Positions 21,692 to 24,257 of a DNA stretch of 24,257 bases are shown here, piece after piece. Origin of the DNA: Armatimonadia bacterium (GTDB lineage Bacteria > Armatimonadota > Zipacnadia > Zipacnadales > UBA11051); the NCBI GenBank assembly GCA_039683575.1, contig JBDKRC010000135.1, positions 1 to 24,257 of the forward strand. The letters run 5' to 3'. Made by a program: the position numbers and the translations under genes. Under the pieces are notes generated by a model. The model was not told the DNA's origin and searched no databases. It worked only from the letters and a program-made list of their open reading frames with translations. Position 1 is the stretch's first letter. Every line of letters begins with the position of its first letter.

Positions 21692-22888
21692 ATGTCCCAC
21701 CACATCCGCGTCCTGCATACCCCCACCCGCGCTGACCTTGAGCGCGAGATGCGCCGCGCCGGCTCCACCGAGACCGGCGTGCAGATCATGGCCCCCAAGG
21801 GGCTGCGCCTCGCCGTCCGTATCGAAAACCTCCGGGGCAAGGCCGCGTCGCTGCTCAAGCAGATGGCGCTCAGCGTTGGGGCCGAGGCCTGTGTCTCGGA
21901 CCGCGTCGCCGCTTTTGATGACACCCCCGCTCCTGTGGTGGTCGTCGGCGATCTGCGCCACTTTGCCCGTCTCTGCCCGCGCCTGCGCATGGAACCCTTC
22001 GGCCTGCCCGCCGTCGCCGACGAACTCCAGCGCGTGGTGGAACTCGCCCAGTCCGGCCCGCTCCCGGTCCGCTGCGGCGCGCGCCAACTCGTCTTCGACC
22101 ACTCGCTGGTCATGGGCATCATCAACACCACGCCGGACTCCTTCTCCGGCGACGGCCTCAGCGCCAATGTCGAGGCCGCCGTCGCCCAGGGCCAGGCTTT
22201 CGCCGCCGCGGGGGCTGATATCCTCGACATCGGCGGCGAGTCCACCCGCCCCGGCAGCGATTCCATCACCGTCGAGGAGGAACTCGCGCGCATCGTCCCG
22301 ACCATCGAGGCCCTCGCTGCCCAGGTTGACCTCCCGCTCTCCGTGGACACTTACCGGCCCGAGGTCGCCCGCGCGGCCCTGCAGGCGGGCGCCACGATCA
22401 TCAACGACATCTGGGGCCTGCGCCAGCCGGGGATGGTGGAGTTAGCCGCCGAGACCGGCGCCGCCGTCTGTATCATGCACATGCAGGGCGTCCCCCGCGA
22501 CATGCAACACCAGCCGCACTACGAGGACGTCATCACCGAAGTCTACGCCTTCCTCGCCGAGCGCATGGAAGCCGCCATCGCCGCCGGCATTGCCGAGTCG
22601 CAGATCATCCTCGACCCCGGCTTCGGCTTCGGCAAGAGCGTGGAGCACAACCTGGAACTCGTCCGTCGGTTAGCCGAGTTCCGCAGCCTCGGCCGCCCGA
22701 TACTGCTCGGCGTCTCCCGCAAGCGCACCATCGGCGAGATCACCGGCAAGCCCGTCGCAGAGCGCGTGATGGGCACCGCCGCCCTCTGCGCCCTCGGCCT
22801 GGCCAACGGCGCCAACCTCATCCGCGTCCACGACGTCCCGGAGATGGTTGACGTAGCCGGCACAGTAGACGCCACTCTCAAATCATAG
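21692..22888 (+). CDS. folP: Dihydropteroate synthase with an N-terminal extension of about 130 aa
   Basis: VMGIINTTPDSFSGDG, DILDIGGESTRPG, SVDTY, IINDIWG, MHMQG, LDPGFGFGK, GVSRKR and IRVHDV. Confidence 0.96.
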   Translation: MSHHIRVLHTPTRADLEREMRRAGSTETGVQIMAPKGLRLAVRIENLRGKAASLLKQMALSVGAEACVSDRVAAFDDTPAPVVVVGDLRHFARLCPRLRMEPFGLPAVADELQRVVELAQSGPLPVRCGARQLVFDHSLVMGIINTTPDSFSGDGLSANVEAAVAQGQAFAAAGADILDIGGESTRPGSDSITVEEELARIVPTIEALAAQVDLPLSVDTYRPEVARAALQAGATIINDIWGLRQPGMVELAAETGAAVCIMHMQGVPRDMQHQPHYEDVITEVYAFLAERMEAAIAAGIAESQIILDPGFGFGKSVEHNLELVRRLAEFRSLGRPILLGVSRKRTIGEITGKPVAERVMGTAALCALGLANGANLIRVHDVPEMVDVAGTVDATLKS

Positions 22889-22933
22889 TCTCTCATCCTG
22901 CCCATCTGCCGTTATCCTGCTCCCGAAATTGGT

Positions 22934-23002
22934 TGTCATTCTGAGCGAAGCGAAGAATCCCCTGGTTGGCGACCGAGATTCTTCGCTTCGCTCAGAATGA
23001 CA
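22934..23002. repeat. Family C inverted repeat (TGTCATTCTGAGCGAAGCGAAGAATC pair), intergenic
   Basis: Perfect 26-bp arms at 22934-22959 / 22977-23002, with a 17-bp spacer. Confidence 0.9.
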
Positions 23003-23083
23003 GAGGCGTGCGAAGGATTTTGATTCATTTAGGGTGCCGGATAATCCGGCACGACGACTGTCCATCCTGACAAGCTCTTCCCC

Positions 23084-23692
23084 ATGCAACCCACCAACCT
23101 GCGCCCAATCAAAGACGCCCTGCGCCGCGAGATCACTACCCTCCGCGACGCTCTCTCGCCCGCTGACCGCGCCGCCAAAAGTGCCGCCATCGCCGCGCGC
23201 CTGCTTGACCTTCCGGACCTCATCGAGGCCGAGTGCGTCATGCTCTACAGCAGCTTCCGCTCCGAGGTAGAGACGCCCAACCTGATCGCCACCCTCCTCG
23301 CGCAGGGCAAGTCGGTCGTCCTGCCGAAGGTCAACCGCCAGACGCGGACGCTGGACCTGTACGCCATCATGGACCTCGAAGCCGACACCGCGCCGGGGCC
23401 CTGGTGCATCAAGGAGCCGGTTCCGGCCCGCACCGAGGCTGTCTCGCCGCGCGATCTGGACTTCATAATCGTCCCCGGCGTGGCTTTCGATGGGCAGGGA
23501 CACCGCTGCGGCTACGGCGGCGGCTACTACGACGACCTCCTCGCGCGCCTGAGGCCCCGCCTGGAGCCGGAGCAGGTCGTAGCCGCGGCTTTCGAACTCC
23601 AGATCGTCCCGCAGGTCCCATGGCGTCCCAAGGACATCCCGGTGCCATACATTGCCACCGAAACCCGGCTCATTCGCGCCCACGACGCCTAG
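23084..23692 (+). CDS. ygfA: 5-formyltetrahydrofolate cyclo-ligase
   Basis: KDALRR, YSSFRSEV, VVLPKV, IKEP and DFIIVPGVAFDGQGHRCGYGGGYYD. Lies in a folate gene context. Confidence 0.95.
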   Translation: MQPTNLRPIKDALRREITTLRDALSPADRAAKSAAIAARLLDLPDLIEAECVMLYSSFRSEVETPNLIATLLAQGKSVVLPKVNRQTRTLDLYAIMDLEADTAPGPWCIKEPVPARTEAVSPRDLDFIIVPGVAFDGQGHRCGYGGGYYDDLLARLRPRLEPEQVVAAAFELQIVPQVPWRPKDIPVPYIATETRLIRAHDA

Positions 23693-23709
23693 TGAAAGGT
23701 CCTAACGCC

Positions 23710-24081
23710 ATGTACCGCGACCGCATCCGCCTCACCAACATGACCTTTTACGGCCATCACGGCGTCGAGGACTCTGAACGCCGCCTCGGCGGCCGCTTCG
23801 CCATGGACCTCGAACTGGTCCGCGACCTAGGCCGCGCCGGCCAGACCGATGACCTGACCCAGACGGTGGACTACAAGGCCGTCTATGAGTTGGTCCGGCA
23901 CACGGAGGCAGCGCGCGGCTACCTGCTCATGGAGGCCCTGGCCTACGATGTGGCCATGGCGATTCTGCGCGAGTTTGAGGTGGACGAGGTCACGGTGCGG
24001 GTGCGCAAGCAAAGCGTACCGCTGGGGGGCTTGGTGGATCATGCCGAGGTGGAAATGACGCGCCGCAAGGGTGAGGTGTAG
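23710..24081 (+). CDS. folB: Dihydroneopterin aldolase
   Basis: DRIRLTNMTFYGHHGV...E...GGRF, DDLTQTVDY, LMEALA and VRVRK. ATG at 23710. Confidence 0.95.
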   Translation: MYRDRIRLTNMTFYGHHGVEDSERRLGGRFAMDLELVRDLGRAGQTDDLTQTVDYKAVYELVRHTEAARGYLLMEALAYDVAMAILREFEVDEVTVRVRKQSVPLGGLVDHAEVEMTRRKGEV

Positions 24082-24084
24082 ACA

Positions 24085-24255
24085 CCTGCCGCAGGGCCCT
24101 GGGCCGCCGCGTCGCGGTGATTGCGGACCGGTTAGAGGGCATGCCGCAGCGGTGGCCGTCCCTGCGCCAGTGAGTACCAGGCCAATGGCCGCAGGCAGCG
24201 CTATCGGACTATGGCCGGAATCGTACAACAGAGGCGACCCGTATGCGTAGCCAAG
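24085..24255 (-). CDS. Partial membrane protein entering from the right edge (3' end uncertain)
   Basis: The frame reads LGYAYGSPLLYDSGHSPIALPAAIGLVLTGAG, which resembles membrane segments of sensor proteins. It then becomes low-complexity, and the first stop is only at 23827, inside folB. Confidence 0.35.
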
Positions 24256-24257
24256 CA

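Noticed and set aside
23034-23052. Small hairpin gtgccgga-taa-tccggcac resembling the inner ends of family B
   Set aside because: An 8-bp stem is too short to assign to the family or to a function.
23233-23709. 282-aa FolB fusion suggested by the ORF track
   Set aside because: The upstream part overlaps ygfA in another frame. The real folB begins at ATG 23710.

Overview
GC-rich bacterial chromosomal segment of about 19 genes, with no rRNA, tRNA, transposase, integrase or cas gene recognisable. The gene style resembles Armatimonadota/PVC-type genomes, but that is only an impression. Housekeeping genes: recQ, an orphan iscU, and folP-ygfA-folB. Carbohydrate and accessory genes: two beta-helix proteins (one GH141-like), a BNR/Asp-box sialidase-family protein, three Gfo/Idh/MocA oxidoreductases, a YfhO-like membrane protein, an acyl-CoA ligase and an AraC regulator. 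Most notable observations: (1) At least five distinct families of REP/REPIN-like palindromes occur here. Three of them lie in-frame inside intact genes, always in linker or loop regions. Two of the three have exact intergenic twins in this window. (2) A 766-aa protein is built from three tandem QueG/reductive-dehalogenase-like modules (two with Fe-S motifs, one without) and is transcribed divergently from the AraC gene. (3) A solitary AAA_14/DUF4143-type ATPase-nuclease gene is preceded by a nested AT-rich TTGCAA palindrome that forms a symmetric, apparently leaderless promoter. All calls come from reading the sequence and the ORF track; no database searches were run.
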